Shown: piece after piece, positions 1-11,590 of the stretch
Layout of the letters: every line of letters begins with the position of its first letter
How positions within the stretch are numbered: the first letter of the stretch is position 1
Assembly (NCBI RefSeq): GCF_004010195.1
Contig: NC_057718.1
Location: forward strand, 86,858,139-86,922,138
DNA length: 64,000 nt
Source of the DNA: Chiloscyllium plagiosum
Lineage: Eukaryota
Reading direction: 5' to 3'
Position numbers and translations under genes: made by a program
Notes under the pieces: model-generated
Told to the model about the DNA's origin: nothing
What the model saw: the letters and a program-made list of their open reading frames with translations, nothing else
The model's database searches: none

Positions 1-735
1 GGCAGTAGGGGTGGCGGAAGTCACTGAGCGTGTGACATCAGCGATAATGTGAGGGGCGGAAGTGATGTCACGTGTGATGCATGAGGAATTGTGAGGGGTG
101 GGAGTGGCCATGATGGGGGCGGAAGTGACATCATCAGTCAGCGTGGGGGTGGCAGCTGCACCAGCCGCATGGCTAATGGCGTCTAAGCAGTTCCAGAGGC
201 CGGGGAAATCTTCTGGAATGTTTGAGAAGTGCTGGTTATGGAGGTGGGTAGATAAAAGTTTGTTGTACTTACAGTTTTTGATGTTTGAGATGGAGTTGCA
301 ATACTGTTTGTTGAGAGTATGAATACTCCTGAGGATGTAGTACAGAGTGGGTCCTTTGCAATTCTGAGAGAGTGTGGCCCTCAGCTGAGAGGACTGTAGA
401 GAGGTTAGGTGCCAGCGCATTGCTGCAAGCGTGGAGGGAAGGATCTTGAAGGAGAACCGTTGCTGGTGTTTTTGAATCTGTAGTCTGTACTGTTTGTCCT
501 GTTCGGGTCCGAACTCTGCTGGTTTAAAGGTGGTCCGGAGTCCGTGTGGGATGAGTTAATTACGGAGGCAGGCACTGAGGAAGCAAATGTGGCTGTGGTA
601 GCGAGTTTGTTTCAGGACGTGGTTGAAGAGCTTCAGGGCAGAGGAAATGACCTGGGAGTTGCAGTGGGAGAGGGTTAGCCTCGGATACTGCCTGAACTGC
701 TGTGCTCTTCCAGCACCACTAATCCAGAAACTGTA
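1..735 (-). mobile_element. Penelope-like retroelement, N-terminal ORF remnant (runs off window start) joined to an inverted pseudo-LTR fragment
   Basis: Minus frame from ~670 reads LSHCNSQVISSALKLFNHVLKQTRYHSHICFLSACLRN*LIPHGLRTTFKP, matching the R..H..FL..C....IP.GL pattern I associate with PLE N-termini. Positions 680-730 on + (ctcggatactgcctgaactgctgtgctcttccagcaccactaatccag) are the same terminal sequence seen at 7335-7412 and 9468-9596. Confidence 0.65.
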
Positions 736-1924
736 ATACCTGTTCATTTTCTCCTTGGCCATAACCTCCAACCCATGGCTTTATGAGAATATTTATCACT
801 GGAGCAGAGAAGGCTGAAGGGAACCTAGATGAGGTGGAGAAAATTTTGACAGGCATGGACAGGGTCGTTAGGAAGCAGCTGCCCCCTTTACTTGAAGAAA
901 TAATTAAAGGGAGCATGATTTTAAGGTGAAGGCAAGAGGTTTAGAAGGGATTGAATTATTTTATTTTCACCCAGAGGGGAAAAAATCACACTGCAGGGGA
1001 ATGTACAGGCAACTTTACAACCTTTGAAAAGTGTTTGGATGAGCACTTGAAATGTTGTAACATTCAAGGCTACGGACCCAGGGCTGGAAAGCAGGGTTCA
1101 TGTAGATTTAGAGAAGTTTTATCAATACAGGGGCCAAAGGGCCTCTTCTGTAATTTGACAGGTTGTATTTTGCTAATGTTGCTTCATAAAACTAGAATTA
1201 ATTTTAATTGCCATTCATCTGTAAACTTGCATTAACGACATTTCCACAATAACTAGGTCACTTAACATTTACAGAAGGGTTAGCTTTGATAGCTTTAATT
1301 AAAGATAAAATCACCAAATATCCAGACAGAGAGAAACAGGTTCGAAGCAGACAGCACAGATTTTGGAGAAATAGATCGTACATAAGAAACCTGATGGCAT
1401 TGTTTGAGGAGCTGAGAGATACGATGGAAGTGGGGCGTGGATTGTTGTCTATATAAACTTAGACAATTCCGTTACAAGGAACCAGACAGGAGTAGATTAA
1501 AGGATATTGAATTAAGAGGAGTATAGCAAGTTGGATTAAAAATTGATATTCAATGGAAAACAGAGCCAAGGAGTTTGGGGCAATTGTTTAGAGTTGTTGG
1601 TAAGTAGTAGTGGTTCTAAAGGGTTCAGTTCTGGAGCCATTCCAATTCACTTGGTATATCAGTGATCAACTCAATATAGAAAACAGATTTCCTCAAAATG
1701 ATCAGTGCCCAAGGGGCCCTGTCAGTTTGAATATGGATTCTCACAATATTGCAATGACAAGATCTTCATGTTTTCATTGCTGACTGACAGTTAGAAGACA
1801 TTGAAAATGACAAGCAATAGGAAATTTACATGAAATTTCACAGAATGTACAACACAGACACAGGCCATTTGCTCCAGCTACTTCTTGCTGATGTTTATGC
1901 AAACGTGTCTATTTTAAGGCAACC

Positions 1925-3390
1925 AGTACCATGGATAAGGGCGACTAACTCAGAGCTTGGATCAGTACTTGAAACTATGATGTTGTTGCCATTACAGAGA
2001 CTTGGATGTTGTGGCCATTACAGAAACTTGAACGCTTGTTGGATGTTCTGGGGTTTAGATGTTTCAAAAGGAATGGGGAGAAAGTAAAAAAGGTAGGGGG
2101 AGGGTGGGGGGAGGCATTGCGAATCAGGGATAGTATCCCAGCTGTACAAAGGGAGATCGTTGAGGAGAGTTTGTCTGCAGAGTCAGTATGGGTGGAAGTC
2201 AGAAACAGGAAAGGAGCAGTCGCTTTATTGTGAGTTTTCTATAGAGCCCCTAATAGCAACAGAGACTTAAAGGAGCAGATTGGGAGGCAGGTTTTGAAAA
2301 TGTGCAGTAACAGGGTTGTTGTCATGGGTGACTTTAACTTCCCTAATATTGATTGGAACATACTTAGTCAAATAGTTTGGATAGAGCAATGTTTGTCAGG
2401 TGTGTCCAGGAAGGGTTCCTGATGCAATATGTAGATAGGCCGACTAGAGGGGAGGCCATATGGGATTTGGTGTTTGGCAATGAACCATGCCTGGTGTCAC
2501 ATCTCCCGGTAGGAGAACATTTCGGTGACAGTGATCACAGCTCCACGACCTTTACTATATTCACCGAGAGGAATAGGAGCAGACGGTATAGGAAAGTATC
2601 TAATTAGGGGAGGGGGAATTCCAATGCTATTTGACAAGAACTGGGGCACCTAAATTGGGAACAGATGTTGTCAGGGATATGCTCAGAAATGTGGAGGTTA
2701 TTTAGGAAGCACCTGCTGTTAGTGCTGGACAGGTTTGTCTATTTGAGGCAAGGATTCTTGGCAGTGTGGAGGAACAGAGACATCTTGGTGTCCATGTCCA
2801 CAGATCCCTTAAAGTTGCCAACCAGGTTGATAGGGGTGTTAAGAACTCATATGGTGTGTTGGCTTTCATTAGCAGGGGGATTGAGTTTAAGAGAAGCAAG
2901 GTTATGCTGCAGCTCCATTTGGAATATTGTGTTTAGTTCTGGTCGCCTCATTATAGGAAGGATGTGGAAGCTTTAGAGAAGATGAAGAGGAGATTTACCA
3001 GGATGCTGCCTGGACTGGAGGGCATGTCTTATGGAGAAAGATTGAGGAAACTAGGGCTTTCTCATTGGAGTGATGAAGGATGAGGGGTGGCTTGTTGGAG
3101 GTGTACAAGAGGTTGAGAAGCATAGACAGAGTGGATAGCCAGGATTTTTTTCCCATGGCAAAAATGTCTATCACGAGGGAGCATAATTTTAAGGTAATTG
3201 GAGGAAGGTTTAGGGGAGATGTCAGAGGTAGGTTCTTTACTCAGAGTGGTGGGTGTGTGGAATGCACTGCCAGCAGTGGTAATAGAGTCAGATGCATTAG
3301 GAACATTTAAGTGACTCGTGGATAGGCACATGGACGTTAGTACAATGAAGGGCCTGTTTCCACACTATGTGGATTCTATGATCCTATGAT
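1925..3390 (+). mobile_element. CR1 LINE fragment: APE endonuclease part fused by internal deletion to RT C-terminus and 3' tail
   Basis: YDVVAITETW and VVMGDFNFPNIDW endonuclease motifs and HFGDSDH; C-terminal LLEVYK and TREHNFK; ends in (ctatgatc)n microsatellite tail; frameshifted. Confidence 0.85.
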
Positions 3391-3849
3391 CCTATGCCAG
3401 CATGGTCCAGTGCTGTCTCAGCTGATGAAGGTACAAAAACTGAGGAGGAAAATGAATAACCTACTCCACTCCACCAACATAACAGCTATCCATCTTATTT
3501 CCAATACCTCACACACATTCTATCTTTGCTTCTTTACCTACCTGTTACTCAGACTCATGCTCTACGGCCCTCATTTCTGCTGCAAAATCTTCTGCTGCTA
3601 AATGAGAATCTTGCCTCAATGCCCAGAACCGTGAACCCTTCCAAATTCACTTCACCTTTTATTCTTTTCATAAGTGGGTGTGGTGAGATACTCACTTGGC
3701 AGTGACAAGATGTCAAATGACAGGGATTAATGTTTATTAAGTGCCTTGTTAGTGCGACAACCTGCCTCATTAGTATTTGGCCTCCCAAACATACCAAGCA
3801 AGCTCAACGTTCGGAAAATGTGGCAAGGAAACCAGATCGAGTGTCGGGC

Positions 3850-5400
3850 AAATTCAGCTCACCACTTCCACATCAGACACTGAGCAACAATATATCAGGA
3901 GATGATCCAGGCACCAGCCGCACACAAACTCTGCCTCTGGAGATTGTCATCTGGGATCTGCCATAGACTGTCACAGCACCTCTCCAATGCACTGGCAGGC
4001 TGCTCAGGAAGCACAGACCAGCATTGCATGGCACATTAGCAACTGGTCTTAAAAGGCTGCAGCAAGGACACTTTGTGCACATGGAGAGTTTGTTCATATG
4101 GAGACTTTGTGCACATGGAAGCTCAGTGCATATGGACACTTTGTGCACATGAGTAGGGACCCAGCTCTCAGAATGGAGCATGCTGGATCCCATGGCTGCT
4201 CACTCACTCTCTTAGCATTCAACTTTGTGTCTACATATACTGGTACTATCCATGCCAATCCTGACCATGCCATGCTTGTTAGAGGGTTGGTGTTTCAGCC
4301 AACTGCTGTTCTGAGATCCTGTTTATTGCAGACAAACTGAGAGGCTGCTTGCCATGCTTGTCAGTACAGAACTGTCCTGTGGGTGGGGTTGAGGGCTCAT
4401 CTTGATGAATAGCACATCAACCTCACACCTTCAATAACTGCTAGCTGCCTGCACAGTGACACACTGCACCAAATGGCCATGTTGGAAACTGGTGAGAGCT
4501 AGTGTCCAACACAGCCAAGATGGGACCTGTCAGTCAGGGGGCTTTGGTACCGTCAGTCACACAATAATCTGCACAGAATCCAGGGACTTCAGCACATTCA
4601 GTCATCCTCTTGGGAATCTCATGGTCAGGGTGTCTGTCCCAGTCTAGCCTGGAGAGTGCTCAGTGGTCAGTCCTATAGGGCCAATCCAAACAATCAGTGG
4701 AACTGTGTATTGTCAGGAAGGGAACTGCAGAGACAGTATTGCTGAAGGGGAGCCATTGTCCAAGTGACTTCCAAGTTGTTTGAGTCTCACAACTTCCAAC
4801 CCTCGCCTAACATGTAATGATTGTGCTGAACGCAGTGTGACCTTTAGTGTTCAATGTGCGTTCAGTAATGGGATTGTGGTGTTCTGTTACTGGCAGTCCC
4901 TTTGCAATGACATGTCTGATACAGACAAATCCCCCAGTACCCATGGTCAGCATCGCTCACTGTGTGATGAAGCTTGCTGGGGACACATCTACAAGGTATG
5001 CCACTGCTGTGAGATCAAAGGAATTCTTTCAGTCCTTCTGTGCCCAGTTTATGTCCTTCCCACTGAACGAGATGGACCCAGCCACTGTTGGGGATATTGT
5101 TCACTGTGGTTGCCTGTCCAAGAACATGAAGGTGGTTACAGGAGATGTAGGACGGACAGCAAGCTCAAGAGCAGCTACAAGCCCCCATGGAGGACCACAT
5201 ATATCCAGCTCAGGGAGAAGGTGAGGTTGTAGCCGCAGGGACCCTCAGGAAACATGACGTGCATAGGTAGGCCCTGGAGATTTTCAGGACTGATTCCATT
5301 TTCCTAGGCGTGAATGAGGCCCTGTGCCAATGCAGCCTCCATTTGTCCTGGGGTACGGCGATATGACTATGCTGGATGATGGAGCAGGACCTGGGGCCTT
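3850..5400. mobile_element. Possible decayed Harbinger/PIF DNA transposon relic
   Basis: 5270-5360 (+) translates ALEIFRTDSIFLGVNEALCQCSLHLSW, loosely resembling the N-terminus of HARBI1-type transposases. No DDE core or TIRs recognised. Confidence 0.3.
4066..4150. repeat. Minisatellite, 5 x 17 bp (consensus ggacactttgtgcacat)
   Basis: Units: ggacactttgtgcacat / ggagagtttgttcatat / ggagactttgtgcacat / ggaagctcagtgcatat / ggacactttgtgcacat. Confidence 0.85.
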
Positions 5401-5529
5401 CAGGAGAAGGAAGTCATTTACTCCCAGCAACTGTGGAAATCACTGCAACACGGTGTTACTGGCTCCTCCACAGGTGACCGGTGTGAGACCTCATTGTCCT
5501 CTAAGTCTGTCAATCGCTTTTTTTTCTCT

Positions 5530-5890
5530 TCCTTCTTTCATGAGAAATGGGTGTCACTGGCCTGCCAACATATGATGCCCATCCCTAATTGCCCTCAATT
5601 TGAGTGGTTTACTTGACCATTTCAGAGGGCAGTTAACCATGATACTGTGGGTCCAGAGTTACAAGTTGTCCAGACCAAGAATGGACTGCTGATTTCCTCT
5701 CATGAAGGACATTAGTGAAGCCAATGGGTTGTTATGACCATTGACAATGATTTCATGATTACCAATACCACAACTAGCATTTGTTTTAAATTCCAGATTT
5801 ATTAAAACAAACTGAAATTCCACTAGCTGTCACAGTGGGATTTGTCTGATCCGTTGGATTATGAGTCCAGCAACTTAACCATCATGCGCC
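5530..5890 (-). mobile_element. tRNA-derived SINE (family with ggttcactaatgtcctttagggaaggaaatctgcc core)
   Basis: Reverse-complement similarity to copies at 41200-41500, 42030-42290 and 49290-49636. Confidence 0.7.
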
Positions 5891-7288
5891 AGAGCCCTTG
5901 TAGATTAATTGATAGAAATGGATTGTTAAGAATAGACAACAACTCAACTGACTGAATCTGAATGAGATGGACCTTGGTCTTTCTCCATCTAGCAATATCT
6001 ATGTTCCCATAGTTAGCAGATACTCATAGAGTTTGTGCTTCCTTTAATTCCTTAGAATGATGTAAGAACTATACCCTATGTAACCGACAGCAATATATGC
6101 ACTGAGACCAACTATAACTGGTTACTAAAATGTTGATTTGAAGAATAAAAAGCACCAGTTCAACAAAAATCATTGTCAGCCTCAAGCTCCGGTTATGATT
6201 GACAAACAGATGTTCCCAAAGGAACAGTAGAAGAACATGTACAAGGATACAAATCTGGTAATATCGTACACCAGAGCGTTCTTGTACAAATAAATTATTC
6301 TAATCAATATGTACTAGACAGATGCAGTAGGCTGTATATTGAAAGTGCAGGACCTTGTCTGTCCAGATCCCTTATTGGGACTCAACATAATATTGATGCA
6401 GATTGAGAGAAGCAGAGGTTCAGATGGAGCATGCCTAAAGATGAGAAGACCAGAAATATTTGGAGGTTAGAGGTCATTTCCTTTGCGAGGGGTCTGCTTG
6501 GGTTATCTTTTGGAGTGAGGAAAGAATAAAGAACCCATCAGGTAACTACAATAAAAGAATCGCCTGAATTTTCTACACCACAGAGGATTCCCTCACCACT
6601 TCATCAGCTGCACTTTATCTTCCCTGGAGTCAGTGATCAGATTTTTGCCTCCCAGTGGAAGTGTGAATTGAGTCACCAAATGCCGAATTTGGTTTGCTGG
6701 ATAAATAATTTTCTTGTGTCTTCCTGACCTCGCACCATTTCCATGTGGTCTTTTGGTGTATCAGCAAGGCCTTGGATGCAAACTCCACCCACAATCCTTC
6801 CAAGGGCAGGATCCTCATTGTGGGGACCACCAGAAAATTGTATTTCCCTGCTGACATGTGCTGGTGCAGATTTTGTAAAGCTTAAAAGAAGAATGCCACC
6901 TTAGAGATTTTATCACCACCAGTGAAAGCCTGCTGTGGAATCAGGAACATTTTGAAAGTGCAAAATGTTTCGATCGCTTCAAATATCACTATTGGATGTT
7001 ACATTGTAATGCAGACATATATTTTAATCCTGTCATTAATCATAGGGATCTGTCCAGCATAGATGATTGACCCTTGCATTGAGCAGCCCTGTGGACTCAT
7101 CCTGATGCAGTATTTTTTTCAATTGTCAAAAGTGCCAAAATGCATTATCAAGTATAAAAGGTTCTGACAATCACAGCTTTCATGTTTTATATTGTAATTT
7201 AAATCAATTGACATCTTGGCTTGTTAAAAACAAAACTGTATTTGAAAGTTGAAAAATTCTTGACACTCATAGATCACCAGACACCCTG

Positions 7289-7565
7289 TTTGAAGCAGGT
7301 CAGAGGAAGTTCACACAACTGATACCTGAGGTGGATCAGTGGTGCTGGAAGAGCACAGCAATTCAGGCAGCATCCGAGGACAGGCAAAATCGACGTTTCG
7401 GGCAAAAGCCCCACTGATACCTGAGGTGGGGGTGCTATGCTATCGGGAGAAGGTGGAGTTTAAAAGAATGAGAGATGATCACACTGAAGCATAATATCCT
7501 GAGGGGACATGACAGGGTGGATGCTGAAAACTAGGTTCCCCTTTTGGGAGAGACAAGAATTAGAA
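7289..7565 (+). repeat. Degenerate CR1 3' fragment; left arm of an inverted duplication with 9801-9978
   Basis: After removing the PLE insert it aligns closely with the reverse complement of 9801-9978. Confidence 0.8.
7335..7412 (-). mobile_element. Short PLE terminal-repeat insertion (truncated hammerhead) with 17-bp TSD
   Basis: Flanked by actgatacctgaggtgg at 7318-7334 and 7413-7429. Minus strand contains GGGC-tttt-GCCC-GAAACGTC but lacks CTGANGA. Confidence 0.8.
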
Positions 7566-8974
7566 ATGGAAATGAGACACAATTCTGTTCTGTCAGTTTC
7601 AGGCAGTGTAACATTACACTTTTGTTAAGAAAACCATAACCATTATAAATGCTTGGGTGAGTTTCAAAAGCTATTAATGGTTTCCAGTCAGTGTTTTCCT
7701 AGTTTTAACTAGGAAAGACTTTAATGTAAACTGTTACCTATTTCTTTATTTTCTACTATTCTATGAAGTAATACTTACTCCTACTACCTCACACCGAAGT
7801 CTTTTTTTATCTAGCTATCTTGATATGTAAGATGGCGTCATGTGTGGCTACATTATACACTTTTCACTGTACTCCTAAAATCTAAAATCTACACCTTATC
7901 TAAGTATTGATTCAAGAACCATCCAAACTTTTAAGAAGTTGTAATAACAGAATGCATCTTTGATGTAGTTAACCATGTGTTTACAAACACAATAGATACA
8001 TAAACTAATACATTTTCTGTTAATCCTAAAGCAGATTTTTTTCTGGTAATGATGATAGAATGCTTTATTTCAAGGTTTTATTAGACTGTTAAAGTTTAAT
8101 CTTTTTCCAGTTTTTAAAAAAATGATTTTCACTGCTATTACTTAGCTCCCAAGGACTATACATAGTGCATGCTGGTGAGTGACTATGGAAGATGATGAAG
8201 GTGATATGGGGATCTGACAGGGTATGGAGATGGCATTTCCCTACCCGAGGGGAAATGGTATGGAAGTGGTGATTGGTGAGTGTTATGGGTAATCTGAAAT
8301 CACATCGGGTGACAGGTGAAGTTAGTGAGGAATGAGAGGGATATAGAGGTGGCATGGGCTATCTGAGGGAGCACTGAGTAGGTCAGAGATGAGAAAGTGA
8401 GGAGTAAGCTTTAGGAGGCTTAATTTTCAGAGCTTGGCTGATATACTGGAAAACGTAGACATGCCTTTGTCACGTCTGCACCTATACTGCCATAATTAAT
8501 TAACTTTAAACCCAAGCCATGTATGAAAGGACACAAACCTAGGGAAGGGTCATTGTGTTGAAAGGTGTAAAAGCACGTGGGCCAGACTTTCCTGAGAGCA
8601 CATACCCAAATCCGTACCCAAGCCCTTCTTGGTCATTGTGTTTCATTGGGAGGCATTAACACCACTCAGTGGAGAAGAATGTTACTAATTGTTTGGCACA
8701 GCAGCCCTTAATCTAACAAGACACTAGCCAGTTTGAGGCTTAGCAAATTAACCATGAGGTGGATCAGTAGTCACAGAGGAAGCAGATAGAATCCAACCCA
8801 GGGCTGGAAATTTCGTTTCGCTATATGACAACAGATCACCACTGCAGAAAAACTTGTTGAGGCAAAATTTTGTACTTCACTTAATTGAAGACGTACTCAG
8901 CCTGACTGACATCATGCTTGATTCCAAGGCGAAGACCAACGCTATCATCTTTGGTTGAAACCTTCTTTTGCCAA

Positions 8975-9077
8975 AGTTGAAAATCACACAACACCAGGTC
9001 ATTGTCCAACAGGTTTAATTGGAAGCACTAGCTTTCAGAGCACCCTCTCCTTCATCAGATGGTTGTCAAGTACTTGC
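8975..9077 (-). mobile_element. Short PLE terminal-repeat insertion (second family) with 10-bp TSD
   Basis: cttttgccaa at 8965-8974 and 9078-9087; same terminal sequence as 33195-33290. Confidence 0.8.
9026..9062 (-). ncRNA. Minimal type I hammerhead ribozyme motif
   Basis: Minus strand: ccat-CTGATGA-A-GGAG-agggtg-CTCT-GAAA-GC-TA-gtg. Core intact, palindromic AGCT in place of helix III, 3-bp helix I (cat/gtg). Confidence 0.65.
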
Positions 9078-9466
9078 CTTTTGCCAAGGTTTTGTGTCCA
9101 TTCTTTAGGAACATCTCCCTCTCAAAATCTATAAGCGTAAGTAGTTTCACTCAGAAATGACACTAAATGATATGGGATAGTGACGCCTGGTTAATATTTA
9201 TTCAAGGTTATGATGTATTCTCTTAACACTGGCAATCGTGTCCCAGTTACATCCTGGAACTTTCACAAATCAGTCTCTCATTTCCATGTAGCAAAAGCAT
9301 TTCTATTCATGTACTGTACAACTGGGTACTAGGTAATTACAAAGTGCTTCACAAAATGCCAATGAATATACAAACATACGGATTGGGCCATTCAGCTCCT
9401 CTAACCCCACTCAGTCTTTCAGCAAGATCGTGGCTGGTCTGATTTTGGCCTCAATATCACATTACC

Positions 9467-9502
9467 ATTCCTGAAGAAGGGCTTATGCCCGAAACGTCGA
9501 TT
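9467..9502 (+). ncRNA. Minimal type I hammerhead ribozyme motif (sense to GRM1 pre-mRNA)
   Basis: CTGAAGA 9471-9477, extra A 9478, stem II GGGC/GCCC 9479-9490 with ttat loop, GAAA 9491-9494, C-GTC with predicted cleavage after 9498; palindromic ACGT in place of helix III. Confidence 0.7.
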
Positions 9503-9596
9503 CTCCTGCTCCTTAGATGCTGCCTGACCTGCTGCGCTTTTCCAGCAACACATTTTTCAGCTCTGATCTCCAGCATCTGCGGTCCTCACTTTCTCC
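9468..9596 (+). mobile_element. 129-bp PLE terminal-repeat insertion with perfect 13-bp TSD
   Basis: tatcacattacca at 9455-9467 and 9597-9609 flanks ttcctgaagaagggcttatgcccgaaacgtcg...ctgcggtcctcactttctcc. Confidence 0.85.
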
Positions 9597-10016
9597 TATC
9601 ACATTACCACTTACCTTGATAACCTTTGACTCTCTTGTTAGTCAATAATCTATCTACCTCTGTCTTAAACCTGTTCAATGACCCTATCTCCATTGATGTC
9701 ATTGAAAGAGAACCCCAAGGACTCATGGCATTCTAAGAGAAATAAAAATCCCCTTAAATTTCTGTCTTAAATGGGAAACCCCTTACTTTCAAACTATGCT
9801 TCTCATTCTTGTCTCTCCCAAAAGAGGAAAGTAGTTTTCAGCATCCACCCTGTCGTGTCCCCTCAGGATATTATGTTTCAGTATGATCATCTCTCATTCT
9901 TTTAAACTCCATCTTCTCTCAGTAGCATAGCACCCCCACCTCAGGTATCAGTTGTGTGAACTTTCTCTGATTTGCTTAAAAAAAAATTAAAAACAGTAGT
10001 CAAAATGGTTTGATGA

Positions 10017-10950
10017 GATACAGTTAGCAAGTTTGCAGATGACACCAAAATTGGAGGTGTAGTGACAGCGAAGAGGGTTACCTCAGATTACAACAGGATC
10101 TGGACCAGATGGGCCAATGGGCTGAGAAGTGGCAGATGGAGTTTAATTCCGATAAATGCGAGGTGCTGCATTTTGGGAAAGCAAACCTTAGCAGGACTTA
10201 TACACTTAATGGTAAGGTCCTAGGGAGTGTTGCTGAACAAAGAAACCTTGGAGTGCAGGTTCATAGCTCCTTGAAAGTGGAGTTGCAGGTAGATAGGATA
10301 GTGAAGAAGACATTTGGTATGCTTTCCTTTATTGGTCAGAGTATTGAGTACAGGAGTTGGGAGATCATGTTGCGGCTGTACAGGACATTGTTTAGGCCAC
10401 TGTTGGTATATTGCGTGCAATTATACTCTCCTTCCTATCGGAAAGATGTTGTGAAACTTGAAAGGGTTCAGAAAGGATTTACAAGGATGTTGCCAGGGTT
10501 GGAGGATTTGAGCGATAGGGAGAGGCTGAACAGGCTGGGGCTGTTTTCCCTGGAGCGTCGGAGGCTGAGGGGTGACCTGAAAGAGGTTTACAAAATTATG
10601 AGGGGCATGGATAGGATAAATAGACAAGGTCTTTTCCCTGGTATCGGGGAGTCCAGAACTAGAGGGCATAGGTTTAGGGTGAGAGGGGAAATATATAAAA
10701 GAGACCTAAGGGGCAAGCTTTTCACGCAGAGGGTGGTGCGTGTATGGAATGAGTTGCCCGAGGAAGTGGTGGAGGCTGGTACAATTGCAACATTTAAGAG
10801 GCATTTGGATGGGTATATGAATAGGAAGGGTTTGGAGGGCTATGGGTCGGGTGCTGGTTGTGGAACTAGATTGGGTTGGGATATCTGGTCGGCATGGACA
10901 TGTTGGACCGAAGGGTCTGTTTCCATGCTGTACATCTCTATGACTGTATG
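10017..10950 (+). mobile_element. Young 5'-truncated CR1 LINE (RT C-terminus + 3' UTR)
   Basis: Starts at SKFADDTKIG; 280-aa uninterrupted ORF 10109-10951 (WQMEFNSDKCEVLHFG...LFSLERRRLRGDL...RVWNELP); ctatgact-type tail. Confidence 0.92.
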
Positions 10951-11590
10951 ACATGTACCTAAGTATAGTGAAAAACTTTGTTTTGCGAGCAGTCCAGGCA
11001 GACCGTAGCAAATAAGGACATACTGATCATGGGGTGTTTAGGCAGAGTGAAGCGTACAGGTTACAGGCACACAAAGCAAAATCAACATTATTTGAAGTTA
11101 GAGAGTCCATTCATCAGTATAATAATGGCAGGGAAGAAGCTGGTGCATGTGTTCAAACTTCTCTGTCTTTTGCCTGATGGAAGAGGTTGTAGGAGGGGTT
11201 GTTGATGATCTTTTCCACATTAACGGGAATTGTAACTGGAGTCCTTAGATGGGAGGTTGGCTTCCGTGATGGTCTGGGCTGTGCACACAACTTTCTGTAC
11301 ATTCTACTGGTCGTGGGCAGAGCAGTTGCCGTACCAAGCTGTTATGTACCCAGACAGTATGCTTTCCATGGTGCATCTGTAAATGTTGATGGGGCTCCTT
11401 ATGGGCATGCCAAAGTTCCTAAGCTGCCTGAGGAAGAAGAGATGTAGTTGGGCCTTCCTGACTGTCGCATCTCCGTGGGAGGTCCAAGATAGGTTGTTGG
11501 TTATCGTCACTCTGAGGAACTTGACGCTTTTGACCCTCTCCACTTCAGCTCCATTGATGTAGGTGAGGGTGTGTCCTCCGGTGGCCTCAC
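10951..11590 (-). mobile_element. Rex1/Babar-like non-LTR retrotransposon 3' fragment
   Basis: ORF 11304-11636(-): INGAEVERVKSVKFL...NNLSWTSH...KAQLHLFFLRQLRNFG...ESILSGYITAWYGNC, typical of Rex1-clade RT C-termini. Confidence 0.75.

Larger units (their letters stand above)
9370..9978 (-). mobile_element. Degenerate CR1 3' end, interrupted by a PLE insert
   Basis: Reverse-strand CR1 3' UTR and RT C-terminal similarity; 9801-9978 is the inverted partner of 7289-7565. Confidence 0.7.

Noticed and set aside
4066..4150. CRISPR-like array
   Set aside because: Contiguous 17-bp units without unique spacers, in a vertebrate context.
10109..10951. 280-aa ORF as a host gene
   Set aside because: It is the CR1 RT C-terminus, with several near-identical copies in the window.
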